From the IMG/VR virus record IMGVR_UViG_3300046808_001241, positions 62,001-126,000 of that record: a stretch of DNA of 64,000 bases. The stretch is one strand, 5' to 3'. This document shows positions 38,599 through 48,304 of the stretch, one piece after another. The position numbers and the translations under genes were made by a program. The notes below the pieces were generated by a model, which was not told where the DNA came from, searched no databases, and saw only the letters and a program-made list of their open reading frames with translations. Within the stretch, counting starts at the first letter, position 1. Each line of letters opens with the position of its first letter.

Positions 38599-39269
38599 GT
38601 AAACTGTTAATTGTCACTTGCACACAAGCAAAAACCGATAAAGAATTTGAAGTTAGACCGATTTTTCATAGTCTAAGAAAACAGTTTGAATCAAATAAAC
38701 AAGTAGAGTTTCACATCTTTAAAGACAATCAAAGGGGTCTTTCTCAATGTTACAATGAGATTTTAAAAGATCCTGATCACATCGACAAAACTGCTTTGTT
38801 TGTGCATGATGATGTAGTGTTAGAAGATTTGTTCTTATACGAAAAACTTATTAATAGTCCGTATTCTATTACCGGCCTTGCTGGCGCTAAAACCTTCAAT
38901 AAAGCGAATGACAAGCTAGCCTGGCACCTTGCTGCAGATCGTTCAAGTTATGTGGGAGAGGTTTGTCATGTAACTAAAGACAGAGGTGTTTGGACAACAT
39001 GTTTTGGGCCAACAAATTCAAGAGCCCTTACACTAGACGGCTTGTTCATTTCTTGTAAAGTTAAAGATCTTGTGGAAAAGGAATTGTATTTTGATGAGAG
39101 CTTTGCTTTTCACTTCTATGATTTGTCTTTTTGTATGAGAGCTCATGAAAAGAAAGTTACATGCGGCGTATTGTCTATTCGAGCAGTTCATAGTGGTCTT
39201 GGAGATTCTATGTTGACGCCAGAATGGGAAAAACAAAATATATTGTTTAAAGAAAAATACTGCAAATGA
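38595..39269 (+). CDS. GT-A fold glycosyltransferase
   Basis: GLSQCYN, FVHDD, GLAG, LDGLFI, FDE.F.FHFYD.SFC, H.G. Confidence 0.8.
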   Translation: MSKLLIVTCTQAKTDKEFEVRPIFHSLRKQFESNKQVEFHIFKDNQRGLSQCYNEILKDPDHIDKTALFVHDDVVLEDLFLYEKLINSPYSITGLAGAKTFNKANDKLAWHLAADRSSYVGEVCHVTKDRGVWTTCFGPTNSRALTLDGLFISCKVKDLVEKELYFDESFAFHFYDLSFCMRAHEKKVTCGVLSIRAVHSGLGDSMLTPEWEKQNILFKEKYCK

Positions 39270-39796
39270 TTTTAACCAACAAACAAATAACAGCTATTAC
39301 TAACGAAGGTGCTTATGAATGCCTTTTTTCAAAACAAAGGTTTTCGACTGCTTTTTTTGAAGATCCTTCACCGCTGGGAAGCATTATCGTATTTGAGACT
39401 CCTGTAAAAATTGGTCCTGTGAGTTTTGAACGCTCGTTAGTTATTTGTGGAGAGCTTCCAAATACTAATATATTTGGTGGAGTTTGCTTTCAAAGACTTT
39501 ATTCAGCGCAACTTGGTTCAATTCTTTCGAATTTCTTAGAAAAGCAATGCTATGTTAACGAAAATTGTTTGTTTGTTGAACAAGAACAAACATCGATTAC
39601 GGTAGTCAATCAATTAAAATCTAGTATTATGTTTCATATTTTCCTTCCAATCGTTGTTAGTAAAGAAGGAACTAAAGGACTCTATGAAATTAAATTAGAA
39701 GAAGATAGCATGCAAGAGTTTAAAGAACATTGTGTAAATTCTTTTCATCACCTAACAAAAAGTTTGTTTCTAGAAACTCAGCGTGACAACATTTGA
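39266..39796 (+). CDS. divergent DUF366-like (BPL/LplA-fold) protein
   Basis: F....F...P.G.I..F..P, E.P.....GG..FQRL pattern; recalled similarity only. Confidence 0.45.
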   Translation: MILTNKQITAITNEGAYECLFSKQRFSTAFFEDPSPLGSIIVFETPVKIGPVSFERSLVICGELPNTNIFGGVCFQRLYSAQLGSILSNFLEKQCYVNENCLFVEQEQTSITVVNQLKSSIMFHIFLPIVVSKEGTKGLYEIKLEEDSMQEFKEHCVNSFHHLTKSLFLETQRDNI

Positions 39797-40133
39797 TTAT
39801 ATCAAAGACATCATCATAACCAAACGAGGAGACTTGCCTTTAGATGGGTATGCACCATTTTTAATAAATCGATTTTTATCGTTTATTAATCCTCAAGTTT
39901 GTGAAGCAGTTAATCAACTAAATACCAAAATACTATTAGAAGACAAATTGCTGCACTATAAGCTAATGCTGTCATTGTTTCCAAAGATGAGTTCTGTACC
40001 TTATATTAAATACGTTAAAAAGGTCCAAGAAGAGAAAGATGAGAATCAAGAACTAAAAACTAAAATAAAAGTTCTTGCTCAAAACATGGAACTTTCGGAA
40101 AGAGAAGTTACTACTTTGCTTTCTTCTTTTTAG
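39783..40133 (+). CDS. gp62: clamp loader small subunit (gp62-like)
   Basis: FDYI..I, Y.PFLINRFLS, N.LN, H/Q-Y..L..L.PK..Y.K. Confidence 0.7.
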   Translation: MTTFDYIKDIIITKRGDLPLDGYAPFLINRFLSFINPQVCEAVNQLNTKILLEDKLLHYKLMLSLFPKMSSVPYIKYVKKVQEEKDENQELKTKIKVLAQNMELSEREVTTLLSSF

Positions 40134-40668
40134 CTTCTTCTTTTTCTTTGCGCATTTTTTCTAATTTTTCGCGATCCTTTTTCAGTTGAGGATTGCGTTC
40201 GCTTTCGTCATGAAACGCACCCTTCATGTCATATTCTTTTTTCTTTTCGGAAATAACTCTGCTGAAAAGATCTTTAAAAGTCAAACCTTCTTTCTTTAAG
40301 AAATCAGGTTTCTTTTTAGATTTATCTGCAACAGCCTTTTTCATTGACTCCTTTTTATTGCCATCTTTATCAACATCCATGTAATCTGGTTTGGCTTTCT
40401 TTTTAGCCTCTTCGATGGTTTCTTGATTGTCTTTGCATTCTTCGCAGCCAGTACAATCACAGCCCTTTGCAGCATGTTTGCAATGCAATTCCTTTGCTCC
40501 TTTGTTAGTAATTACGTTGTATGCTTCAGCAAGCATGTCTTGGTCTTTTGATAATGCAGTGTTACTAAGAATAGGAGCTTGTTCGATCAATTGATCTTTA
40601 GAAGGTTCAACTTTTTTAGTAATGCCTTCGTAAAGTCCAGAAAGAGTTTGAGTGTCTTTAAATACCAT
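40111..40668 (-). CDS. basic hypothetical head-associated protein
   Basis: PDYMDVDKDGNKKESMKKA motif, CKH..GCDC.GC..C cluster; TAAATA-N6-ATG. Confidence 0.6.
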   Translation of the reverse strand: MVFKDTQTLSGLYEGITKKVEPSKDQLIEQAPILSNTALSKDQDMLAEAYNVITNKGAKELHCKHAAKGCDCTGCEECKDNQETIEEAKKKAKPDYMDVDKDGNKKESMKKAVADKSKKKPDFLKKEGLTFKDLFSRVISEKKKEYDMKGAFHDESERNPQLKKDREKLEKMRKEKEEAKKKKAK

Positions 40669-40718
40669 ATATCTTATTTATCAGTTGAACGGTTATTTTC
40701 TTGGCCTAAATACTGTAT

Positions 40719-41090
40719 ATGCAACAACCACTAGCTCGCGAAAACAACGGTCTTGCTGACCTCGATCCCTATCAAAACTGCCCACTTCCAGAGGATTTTG
40801 AAATTACAGAACTTCTCGGCGATGTAATTCAGGTAGTTTATGCTGATACAGCAGAAGACGGCAGAAGCCTTGTACGCAACGGAATAATTCTTCCAGCAGA
40901 AGTTGTTGACAGCAAAGCCTGGAGAATCGGTAAAGTTATTATGGCTGGTCCAAACACAAAACAAGTAAAAGCTGGACAATACGTCATCTTTCCAGGAGAT
41001 AAAGGAATTAAAGGCATTCAAAAGAACGGAAAAATGAATATCTTCTTAAACGAAGAGAGGATTTTTGGTATTTGCGCTCCAGCTAACTAA
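40719..41090 (+). CDS. groES: GroES-like co-chaperonin
   Basis: LLGD.I.V, GIILP, GKV..AGP...VK.G..V.F, FLNE..I.G. Confidence 0.85.
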   Translation: MQQPLARENNGLADLDPYQNCPLPEDFEITELLGDVIQVVYADTAEDGRSLVRNGIILPAEVVDSKAWRIGKVIMAGPNTKQVKAGQYVIFPGDKGIKGIQKNGKMNIFLNEERIFGICAPAN

Positions 41091-41476
41091 TGCGTCTTGG
41101 AAGAACAGCTCTGTGGATGTTATTGCAGACAAACGCTGCAGAGCTGAGATTCCATCGCCGAATTGATAAACCAGGATATAACGATTATAGAAGAATGCTC
41201 TGTACAAACGATCAAAAGCTTCTGCAGTCTGCTCCTGGAAAAACAATCTTTCATTATAGACCACCAACTTCATCATTAAGATATGATCCGGCTGCTAAAA
41301 ATCTTGTAGTAGCTTTTGATATATTTCTTCAAGACTGGCGTATGGTTAATTGCAACGATGTAGAAGTTATTGCTGTGATTAAAACCTCTCCAGATCCTCA
41401 ACCATTTTGGAAGTATTTTTACGAAAGATTAGTCGATATGTCTGCTTCCCAAAAAGCTAGATTCATGAATACATAA
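41090..41476 (+). CDS. SH3-like (WYL/DUF2693-like) protein
   Basis: R.MLCT, LVV.FD....DWR.V pattern. Confidence 0.45.
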   Translation: MRLGRTALWMLLQTNAAELRFHRRIDKPGYNDYRRMLCTNDQKLLQSAPGKTIFHYRPPTSSLRYDPAAKNLVVAFDIFLQDWRMVNCNDVEVIAVIKTSPDPQPFWKYFYERLVDMSASQKARFMNT

Positions 41477-41477
41477 T

Positions 41478-41828
41478 ATGGTTATTTCATCAACAATTCA
41501 CTTAGATCAAGTTCCTGGAGAACCTTTTTTAGTTTCTTGTCTGCAGAAGAACTTAAATTTTTCAATCAATGGAAAGTTAATCAAAAAAGGAAAACTAATC
41601 CTTTTCAGAAGAATACATTATTATGTACAAATTGCTCTAATCACAGACAGAAACGTTAGAGAAAATTTTGAAATACCAATCCCCTTCAAAGTGGAGAATT
41701 ACCTGGAAGAAGGATTGTTGTATTTTGATTACAGATTAAAATCGTTAGAAACAGAGTGTTTACCAATAATACCAGAAAAAGTGCCTTCTATGTATTTTAA
41801 CAAAATTCTTGAAATACAAGCAAGTTAG
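41478..41828 (+). CDS. hypothetical protein
   Basis: 116-aa operonic ORF. Confidence 0.55.
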   Translation: MVISSTIHLDQVPGEPFLVSCLQKNLNFSINGKLIKKGKLILFRRIHYYVQIALITDRNVRENFEIPIPFKVENYLEEGLLYFDYRLKSLETECLPIIPEKVPSMYFNKILEIQAS

Positions 41829-42376
41829 TTGTATATTCTTAATTTGTAGTTATAGAATTCGTTAGTGTTTCCCCAAAACCTATCTACGTCATCTATATCA
41901 ATTTCTTCGCTTCCGTTAACAGCCTTTATTGTTTTATTTCTTGCTGTCGCTTCTTTAATTAGACGCTTCCAAAAGTTTTCACCTTGTAGAGTGTGCTTTG
42001 AATCAGAGGTGATAGATTTAACATTTGGTAGGTAGTACTCAAAGAACAAATAGAAAGCCATGCCTTTTGAAGACTTTCTGTTCCAAACTCCTGTCATTTG
42101 CATGTCTCCATCTATCAATTTGTAAATAAAATAACAGGAAATGAGGGGAGTTTTGTTAACAAAATAGTCTACTGTTGATTCAAATTCGGTTCTATACAAC
42201 GTTAAATCGACAGTATCTTTGAGCTTAATCTGTTCAACAATATTGCCATCTCGAATTAATTCCAAAGCTTCTTGCTGATTTAAAGCCTCATTATCCAATA
42301 CATCATCATAACTCATCCCCAAACGCATCGGAGATTCTTTAAGAACGACCTTTTGAAAATATTCTTTAAATTTCAT
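41825..42376 (-). CDS. hypothetical protein, possible GNAT-like fold
   Basis: MKFKEYF...LKE leader; I.SD..HT.QGE.FWK.L motif. Confidence 0.5.
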   Translation of the reverse strand: MKFKEYFQKVVLKESPMRLGMSYDDVLDNEALNQQEALELIRDGNIVEQIKLKDTVDLTLYRTEFESTVDYFVNKTPLISCYFIYKLIDGDMQMTGVWNRKSSKGMAFYLFFEYYLPNVKSITSDSKHTLQGENFWKRLIKEATARNKTIKAVNGSEEIDIDDVDRFWGNTNEFYNYKLRIYN

Positions 42377-42522
42377 TAATATTTGTAAGTGGTCTTACCC
42401 TTCTTTAACGTTCCTTGTTTGGTAGAAGGCTTGTTCCATTCAATATTATCAAAGTTTTTATCAAATTGCTTTTTGTCTACAGAACGAGGTTTGTCTCCTT
42501 TACCAGCCTGATTGTTACTCAT
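42376..42522 (-). CDS. small protein with a GKGDKPR motif (48 aa, missing from the ORF track)
   Basis: MSNNQAGKGDKPRSVDKKQFDKNFDNIEW...; stop overlaps the next start (TAATG). Confidence 0.65.
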   Translation of the reverse strand: MSNNQAGKGDKPRSVDKKQFDKNFDNIEWNKPSTKQGTLKKGKTTYKY

Positions 42523-42559
42523 ACATTGTTATTTTACTCGTCAATAAGAAAACATCAAC

Positions 42560-43993
42560 TCAGTAAAAAGTCATTTGAAATTTATGATGACCACAATCCC
42601 AAAGTCTTGAATATCCAAGCTCTTTCATAATCTGAGTTTCTGTAAAGTTTTTATCAAATTGAGGATGTTTAGCTAATAACATATGCTTTTGAAAGTTTGC
42701 TCTATGTAATCGTTTCGGAGATTTTCCTACATACCAATAATTTGGTTTTGAAGTATGTATGTATTGAAAACCTGCTGTGGCATATACGCTTTTTTGTGAA
42801 TCTGGAGTCCATCTCTTATCGCAATAGGATATTAATAACTTTGGTTTATGTTCAGATACAAACCTTTTCAAAAGTTTTTGAAATCCTCCTCGTACGTTAA
42901 ACCCATACATAGAGACAAAACGAGAAAGTTCCCAGCTGTTTTCTTGCGAACTACTGCCTAGTACTTTTCTTAATTTGCAAAATGTCATAACACAAACTAA
43001 GCGGTTTTTATAAAACAAACCGTATTTTATACTTGATTTATCAGCTCCTTGTGTGTGATATTTGTTCAAAAACTTTGCACACACATTTGTTGAGATTTGT
43101 TCGATGTAACATTGCCTACCGTTAAGTCTTTTGTTCAATCCAAGTATTGCTTTTAATCTTCCAAAACACGCTTTTGGATTTAAATTAATTTCATCAGAAA
43201 ATATTTGAATTAACTTAACGCCTTTTTCAAGACAAAGGTTTGTTTTATTATTATGATAATTCTTGTCAGGAAAAAATCTTTCAGTATGATAAAATAATCC
43301 ATTTGTTTCTATAGCTACTTGAAGCTCAGGAATAAAAAAATCTACTTCATGGTGTTTTATTATTTTTCGGTAGTGAAATCTTGTTTGAAATTGTGTTGTC
43401 TGTAAGAAAAATTTAATTTTGTCTTCAATATCCGTAAAACAACCATCACATTTTGGACATTTAGGCCATCGTTGCAAATACGGAACAAACAGCTTTTTAA
43501 AAGGTACATTGCAGCGTACACAGTGCCAATCATATTCTGTTTTGCTACATTTTCCTTCAAAAGTATTTACATCAAACGATGGTACAACCTTTGTTGCAAA
43601 TCTACTGAAATCATCATACATTTGTTTGAATGTATTTTTCTGACGAGCAGAACGATCCTTTGTTAAAACATTAATAGTTCCGTATTTTTCTAAATTTGTT
43701 CCTCTTCGCTTATCGATGGTGCTTTTACAATTAGCAGAACATTTTGCAGAGCAATATGTTCGATATGAGCAGGAAGGAGAATGGAACGTCAGAGTCTTAT
43801 TGCATGCTTTACAAACAGGTACTTGATCTAAGTTATTACGAAGCAAATACAATTTTGCTCCAGTAACAAGCTGGCTAATATCAATTCCTTTTAAGATTAA
43901 CTCTTGATTAATGTCTTGTTTTTGTTTTTTCGTCAAGTTTGATGCATTTATATTCCAATTATTCATACGACTGTGTAAATAATTATACTCCAA
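42560..43993 (-). mobile_element. free-standing homing endonuclease (Vsr/PD-(D/E)xK, Hef-like)
   Basis: Zn knuckles, T.LEKYG repeats, EVDFFIP....IE.NG.FYH, FLNKYH.QG, ELSRF, SYCD.RW. Confidence 0.8.
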
Positions 43994-44023
43994 TGATATG
44001 ATCTACAACTGAATAATATACTT

Positions 44024-44060
44024 TTAAACAAAGAGAAACCCGGCCTTGCGACCGGGTTTC
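44024..44060 (-). terminator. intrinsic terminator after the major capsid gene
   Basis: GAAACCCGGUC-GCAA-GGCCGGGUUUC 11-bp stem with GNRA loop, followed by UCUUUGUUU. Confidence 0.85.
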
Positions 44061-44091
44061 AAATTTCGCTGTTTGAGAGCTAATATCTGTA

Positions 44092-45537
44092 TTAGAGATA
44101 TGTAGCAGCTTGACCAGGTACGAACGATTGACCGAGGCCTGTGCAAATGACGAGGTGGTAGTATAATGATGCACCGAAAATGTGATCAACTACACCATAT
44201 CTTGTCAAGAGACCGACACGTGGGCTGAAGTCGTTAGGTCCAATTGTACGCTGAACCATGACAGGGATGTACGGGCAGTACACGATTCCTGAGTCATAAT
44301 ATTCTGAACCCTTGTATCCAAGGAGAGCGTAATCTACGGGCTTCGTACGAGTTGAGCTATAACCACCACCAGCATTGGTTGCAGTGTAACCAGCGTTAAT
44401 CTGGGCTTCTGTACGAGTGTCACGATAGATTTGGAAACGACCACCGACCGAACCGACCTTGGCAATACCAACAGGCTGGGTGTTTACGTTACCATTGACT
44501 GGCATCCATGTGAAGTTTGGAAGGGTCTCGAGAATTGCGCAAATGCGAGGAGTTGCAATAATGAAATTAGCAGCACCACGGCGGTTGCGAATTGCGACAC
44601 GGTTGGCTTCAACAACGATTCTGTTGTAGAAGTCACGTGCACGCTCACCAGACCAGCGACCATCAGCAGAGATGGCAGACCAGGTAGAGTAACCAACACC
44701 AGCACCAGCGTTGAGACAGACTTGGATCATACGCGCGATCATTTCGCGGTCGATTTCAGCCTGGATTTCATACGACATAGCGTTGGTAAGCTCAGCATCG
44801 ATATCGATACCGTTCATATTCTTGAGATCTTGCTCGAGCTCAACCGACCATTTAGCAGCCAATCTACGAGTGAGTGCTTCAACGGCGGTCTTTTCAAACG
44901 AAACAGTGATCTGAGGAATTTTCGAGGAAAGCTCGAATTGCGAGATTAAAGCACCGACACCTGCGTCTTCAGCGATGTTATCCCATTCAGCATTGCCTGA
45001 GAGAGCAGCTGAGGAAGCACCTGTGAAGGCTGTGTTGAGGTAGTTGTAACCAAGCTCTTTATTGTCAGAAAGGGCTGTGTTGCCACCTGTGCCAGCACCA
45101 CCGAGCGAACCGTCGCCGCCTTGAGCTGAATAGCCAAGAGCGTCTGATTCGTATTTGTAGCGCATTGCAAAGGCAAGACCAACAGGTCCAGTCATTGGTT
45201 GTACACCGACGATCTCATTTGTGATGAGCTCGGGGAAGGTACGACGAATCATTGGAATGAGGACTTTTGGCAAGCGGGCGTCTCCAGAAGCGTAGTTGTC
45301 ACCAGAGAATGTTGTTGCAGTACCTTGATGGGTACCGAAAACACCACCAGTAGCAGCGCTATTGGAACCCTCGCGTAAGCACCACTTTTCTTGGTTTTCC
45401 AAGAGGATAGCAGTGTTTAAACGTGTTGTTTCGTTAGTAATCTCAGCAACTTTGTCTGATTTGAAATCCAATACTGGAGTCCATTTTTCGACGAGTTGCT
45501 CAGCGTAATCTTTATTGATATGCATTAAGTTAGCCAT
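44092..45537 (-). CDS. gp23: major capsid protein
   Basis: LVEKWTPVL, ILLENQ, VGVQPMTGPVGLAFAMR, EI.AEI.RE, Y.PY.P, PR.G..TRYG. Confidence 0.97.
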   Translation of the reverse strand: MANLMHINKDYAEQLVEKWTPVLDFKSDKVAEITNETTRLNTAILLENQEKWCLREGSNSAATGGVFGTHQGTATTFSGDNYASGDARLPKVLIPMIRRTFPELITNEIVGVQPMTGPVGLAFAMRYKYESDALGYSAQGGDGSLGGAGTGGNTALSDNKELGYNYLNTAFTGASSAALSGNAEWDNIAEDAGVGALISQFELSSKIPQITVSFEKTAVEALTRRLAAKWSVELEQDLKNMNGIDIDAELTNAMSYEIQAEIDREMIARMIQVCLNAGAGVGYSTWSAISADGRWSGERARDFYNRIVVEANRVAIRNRRGAANFIIATPRICAILETLPNFTWMPVNGNVNTQPVGIAKVGSVGGRFQIYRDTRTEAQINAGYTATNAGGGYSSTRTKPVDYALLGYKGSEYYDSGIVYCPYIPVMVQRTIGPNDFSPRVGLLTRYGVVDHIFGASLYYHLVICTGLGQSFVPGQAATYL

Positions 45538-45581
45538 AATATTTTGTTTTTTGGTTGTTTTTCCTTTTTATTGTGAGTGAA

Positions 45582-46547
45582 TTACTTAGCAAATCTGTTA
45601 AGTTTCTTCATCTCGTTCAGATAGCCGCTAACGCCTTCACTTGAAGAGCTGTCGCGATCAATCTCATTGTTGAATTGTTTTTGCTCTTCGATGATCTGGG
45701 GACGATCAACTTTTGGAGCTTTGATGAATTGGTTTTTGACGGATTCTTTAATTTCGTCAACTTCTTCTTGAGTTTCTTTTTCAAACATCTCAACGACATA
45801 TTGGAAGTTTTCTTCGATGTATTGAGGAGCTTTGTTTCCAAGAAGCTTTGTGACAAATTGCTTTTTAGCAGATGGCATGTCAGATGTCTTTTGTTCAAGA
45901 ATGTTTGTTGCTTCTGCTTTGTTGGCTCTTTGATTAAGCTCAGCGTTTTCTTTGAGAGCTTCGTTGAGTTCAGCGCGAAGAGAATCAATTGTCTTTTTGC
46001 CATCAACGAGTGCTTCTTTGACTTCTGCATCAACAAACTCTTCCGAGATGCCAATGATTTGACGAATTTGGTTGAGTTGCTTTACAGCTTTAATGTTTGC
46101 AACTGCTTCAGAAATTTGTTCAGTAGGAACAGTCTTGTCGATATAAAGGTCGAGGTAGTTAGAAACCTCTTCTACCAAACGCTCTTGGAAGCCTTTTGCT
46201 TCTTCAATCATTTGTCCTTCATACTTTTCAACAACTTGTTCAAGCATCTTTGTATGCTTTTGATCAATTCCTTTAACGAGCTTTTGAAGTTTGACTGCAT
46301 GGTCAGTATCAATTGCTTCAACGAGCTTTTTGAGCTTCGCTGTATGATCTGTATCGATCTTTTCAACTAATTGTTCGAGCTTGGCTGTATAATTTTCATC
46401 AAGCTTTTGTTTGAGATTTTCAGATTCGAGTTGAATCTTTTCTTGTGATTTTTCTTCAACAGCCTGATTGAAGGCCTCTTCGATAGTGGAGAGGGTTTCG
46501 TCTGTGATCAGGTCTTTGAACTGTTCGCTAAGGATATTCTTGATCAT
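45582..46547 (-). CDS. gp22: prohead core scaffold protein
   Basis: Acidic coiled coil upstream of gp23; YLD.Y, Y.EENF.YV, YL..M. Confidence 0.85.
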   Translation of the reverse strand: MIKNILSEQFKDLITDETLSTIEEAFNQAVEEKSQEKIQLESENLKQKLDENYTAKLEQLVEKIDTDHTAKLKKLVEAIDTDHAVKLQKLVKGIDQKHTKMLEQVVEKYEGQMIEEAKGFQERLVEEVSNYLDLYIDKTVPTEQISEAVANIKAVKQLNQIRQIIGISEEFVDAEVKEALVDGKKTIDSLRAELNEALKENAELNQRANKAEATNILEQKTSDMPSAKKQFVTKLLGNKAPQYIEENFQYVVEMFEKETQEEVDEIKESVKNQFIKAPKVDRPQIIEEQKQFNNEIDRDSSSSEGVSGYLNEMKKLNRFAK

Positions 46548-46565
46548 GGTTGTAATTTTATTTAT

Positions 46566-46712
46566 CTAACTTTGTTTAATTTTTTGGGTTAAAGAATGTT
46601 TAATGCGATTTTTTAATTTTACTTCAATCATCTTCTGCAAAGAAGCATTCGCATTACTATAATTTTTATCAGCAATATTCACGATAAATTGTTTGATGTC
46701 TTTTGTTTCCAT
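46566..46712 (-). CDS. small prohead core protein (gp67/68-like position; 48 aa, missing from the ORF track)
   Basis: METKDIKQFIVNIADKNYSNANASLQKMIEVKLKNRI...; TAAATA-N6-ATG. Confidence 0.6.
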   Translation of the reverse strand: METKDIKQFIVNIADKNYSNANASLQKMIEVKLKNRIKHSLTQKIKQS

Positions 46713-46717
46713 AAAAA

Positions 46718-47395
46718 TTATTTAGCAGATTTAAGAGAATTAATGAACACCATTAATTGTTCTTTTAAGAAAATATCAGCTTCATGCTTTGGAAGACTTG
46801 CAAGAGATCCTTTAAGGGCACCAAAGGCTCTTTCGGAGACTTCAATGATTCTTCCATCATTACCAATCATCCATTCTTTTGACTCCAGCACGGATTCAAG
46901 CATTGCGTTTTGAACCGATGGTTGGTGAACAACGTCGAGGCAAATAAGATGGAAGTTAGAAACTGTTTTTCCACTAGCTGACTCAGAAAGATTTCCAAGA
47001 CCACGAGTTGAAATGCCCATTTGAATTTTGTCACGGACGAGGGACTTTAAAAGTTGTCCCATGGGAGTGTCAAGAATTAAAGATTTGCCCATGAAGTAAT
47101 TGCCGTTTTGTCTGAGTTCTGTAACAAGGTGGCAAGCATTAACTGGATTTACTTCGGTTGATTGTGGATGGTTCATTTCACCAATTGCACGACGAGTTTT
47201 AATCATCTCACTTGAATAACGCTCGACTTCATTCTTCATTTCATCGAGTTTGTAGATACGGCCATTTTGGTTTCTTTCGTTTGCGAGACAATACGGACCA
47301 GTGATGTAATATTTCTGAGGCTCTTGGGTATTTTTTTCTTCAATAAGAAAGTCGAGCTCCTCGTGTAATTCAGTAGTTAAAAACTTTAATCCCAT
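46718..47395 (-). CDS. gp21: prohead protease
   Basis: N.NGRIY, GE..HP, GISTRGLG, D.V..PS. Confidence 0.92.
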   Translation of the reverse strand: MGLKFLTTELHEELDFLIEEKNTQEPQKYYITGPYCLANERNQNGRIYKLDEMKNEVERYSSEMIKTRRAIGEMNHPQSTEVNPVNACHLVTELRQNGNYFMGKSLILDTPMGQLLKSLVRDKIQMGISTRGLGNLSESASGKTVSNFHLICLDVVHQPSVQNAMLESVLESKEWMIGNDGRIIEVSERAFGALKGSLASLPKHEADIFLKEQLMVFINSLKSAK

Positions 47396-47444
47396 AGTAT
47401 TTCTGATTTTATTTATCTACATATAAATATTTTTCTTTGTTTGT

Positions 47445-48275
47445 TTGCAAATAAATACAATTTGTATGGAAAAAATTTGTATAAAATGTAACAAACAAAA
47501 GCTGTATACAGAGTTTTATAAAGAAAAAGCCAACAAAGATGGTTATCAAAGATATTGTAAAAGTTGCTCAAAACAAACAAACTCTAAATGGTACAAAGCA
47601 GTAAACAACAATGTTCCTGCAGTACTTGCAAAAACATGTTCGTGTTGCAAAGAACAAAAACCCGCTATTTTATTTTATAAACAAAAGAACTCAAAAGACG
47701 GCTTGCAAAATATGTGCAAGCAATGCTCTACAAATTACGGAAAGACTAATTTAGCTAGGACACGTAATTTAGCAAAAGTTCGTTACTCAAACCTCAGTCA
47801 GGAAGAAAAAGACAGATATTCTATTAGAAGAAAAGCATGGAGACAAAATAATTTAGAAAAATGCAAAGAGACCAGTAAAAAGTGGAGACTTCTCAACAAA
47901 GAAAAGTGTTATGAAAATAACAAAAAAAGTAGAAAACACCAATATCACAACAACATAGCTGTTAGAATTAAAATGTCTTTGCGTACTCGTTTATATCAAG
48001 CATTAAAAGGAATGGTTAAACATGAGTCTGCAATAGAGCTTTTAGGATGCTCGATAGAAGAGTTTAAACGCTATATACAAAAAATGTTTATCGAAGGTAT
48101 GTCTTGGGAAAATCATGGAGAGTGGCATTTAGATCATATAAAGCCATGTGCAAGTTTCGATTTATTGAATGAAAATGACAGAAAAGCATGCTTCCATTAT
48201 ACAAATTTTCAACCTTTATGGGCTATGGAAAACATACTTAAATCTGACAATTTGAACTGGGTTAGAACTTATTAA
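47445..48275 (+). mobile_element. free-standing HNH homing endonuclease with repeated Zn-finger units
   Basis: C..C...K...EF...DG....CK.C twice; W.LDHI.P.....FHYTN.QPLW..N..K. Confidence 0.85.
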
Positions 48276-48304
48276 AGAAGTTTAATAATTAAATATGTTT
48301 AATA

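Noticed and set aside
28369-41090. phoH, denV-like and groES as novel
   Set aside because: All are common, well-described auxiliary genes of T4-like phages
45617-46370. Long antisense ORFs (45675-46370, 45617-46054) over gp22, and 44431-44949 over gp23
   Set aside because: Shadow frames of strongly biased, highly expressed genes; no protein-like motifs or start signals
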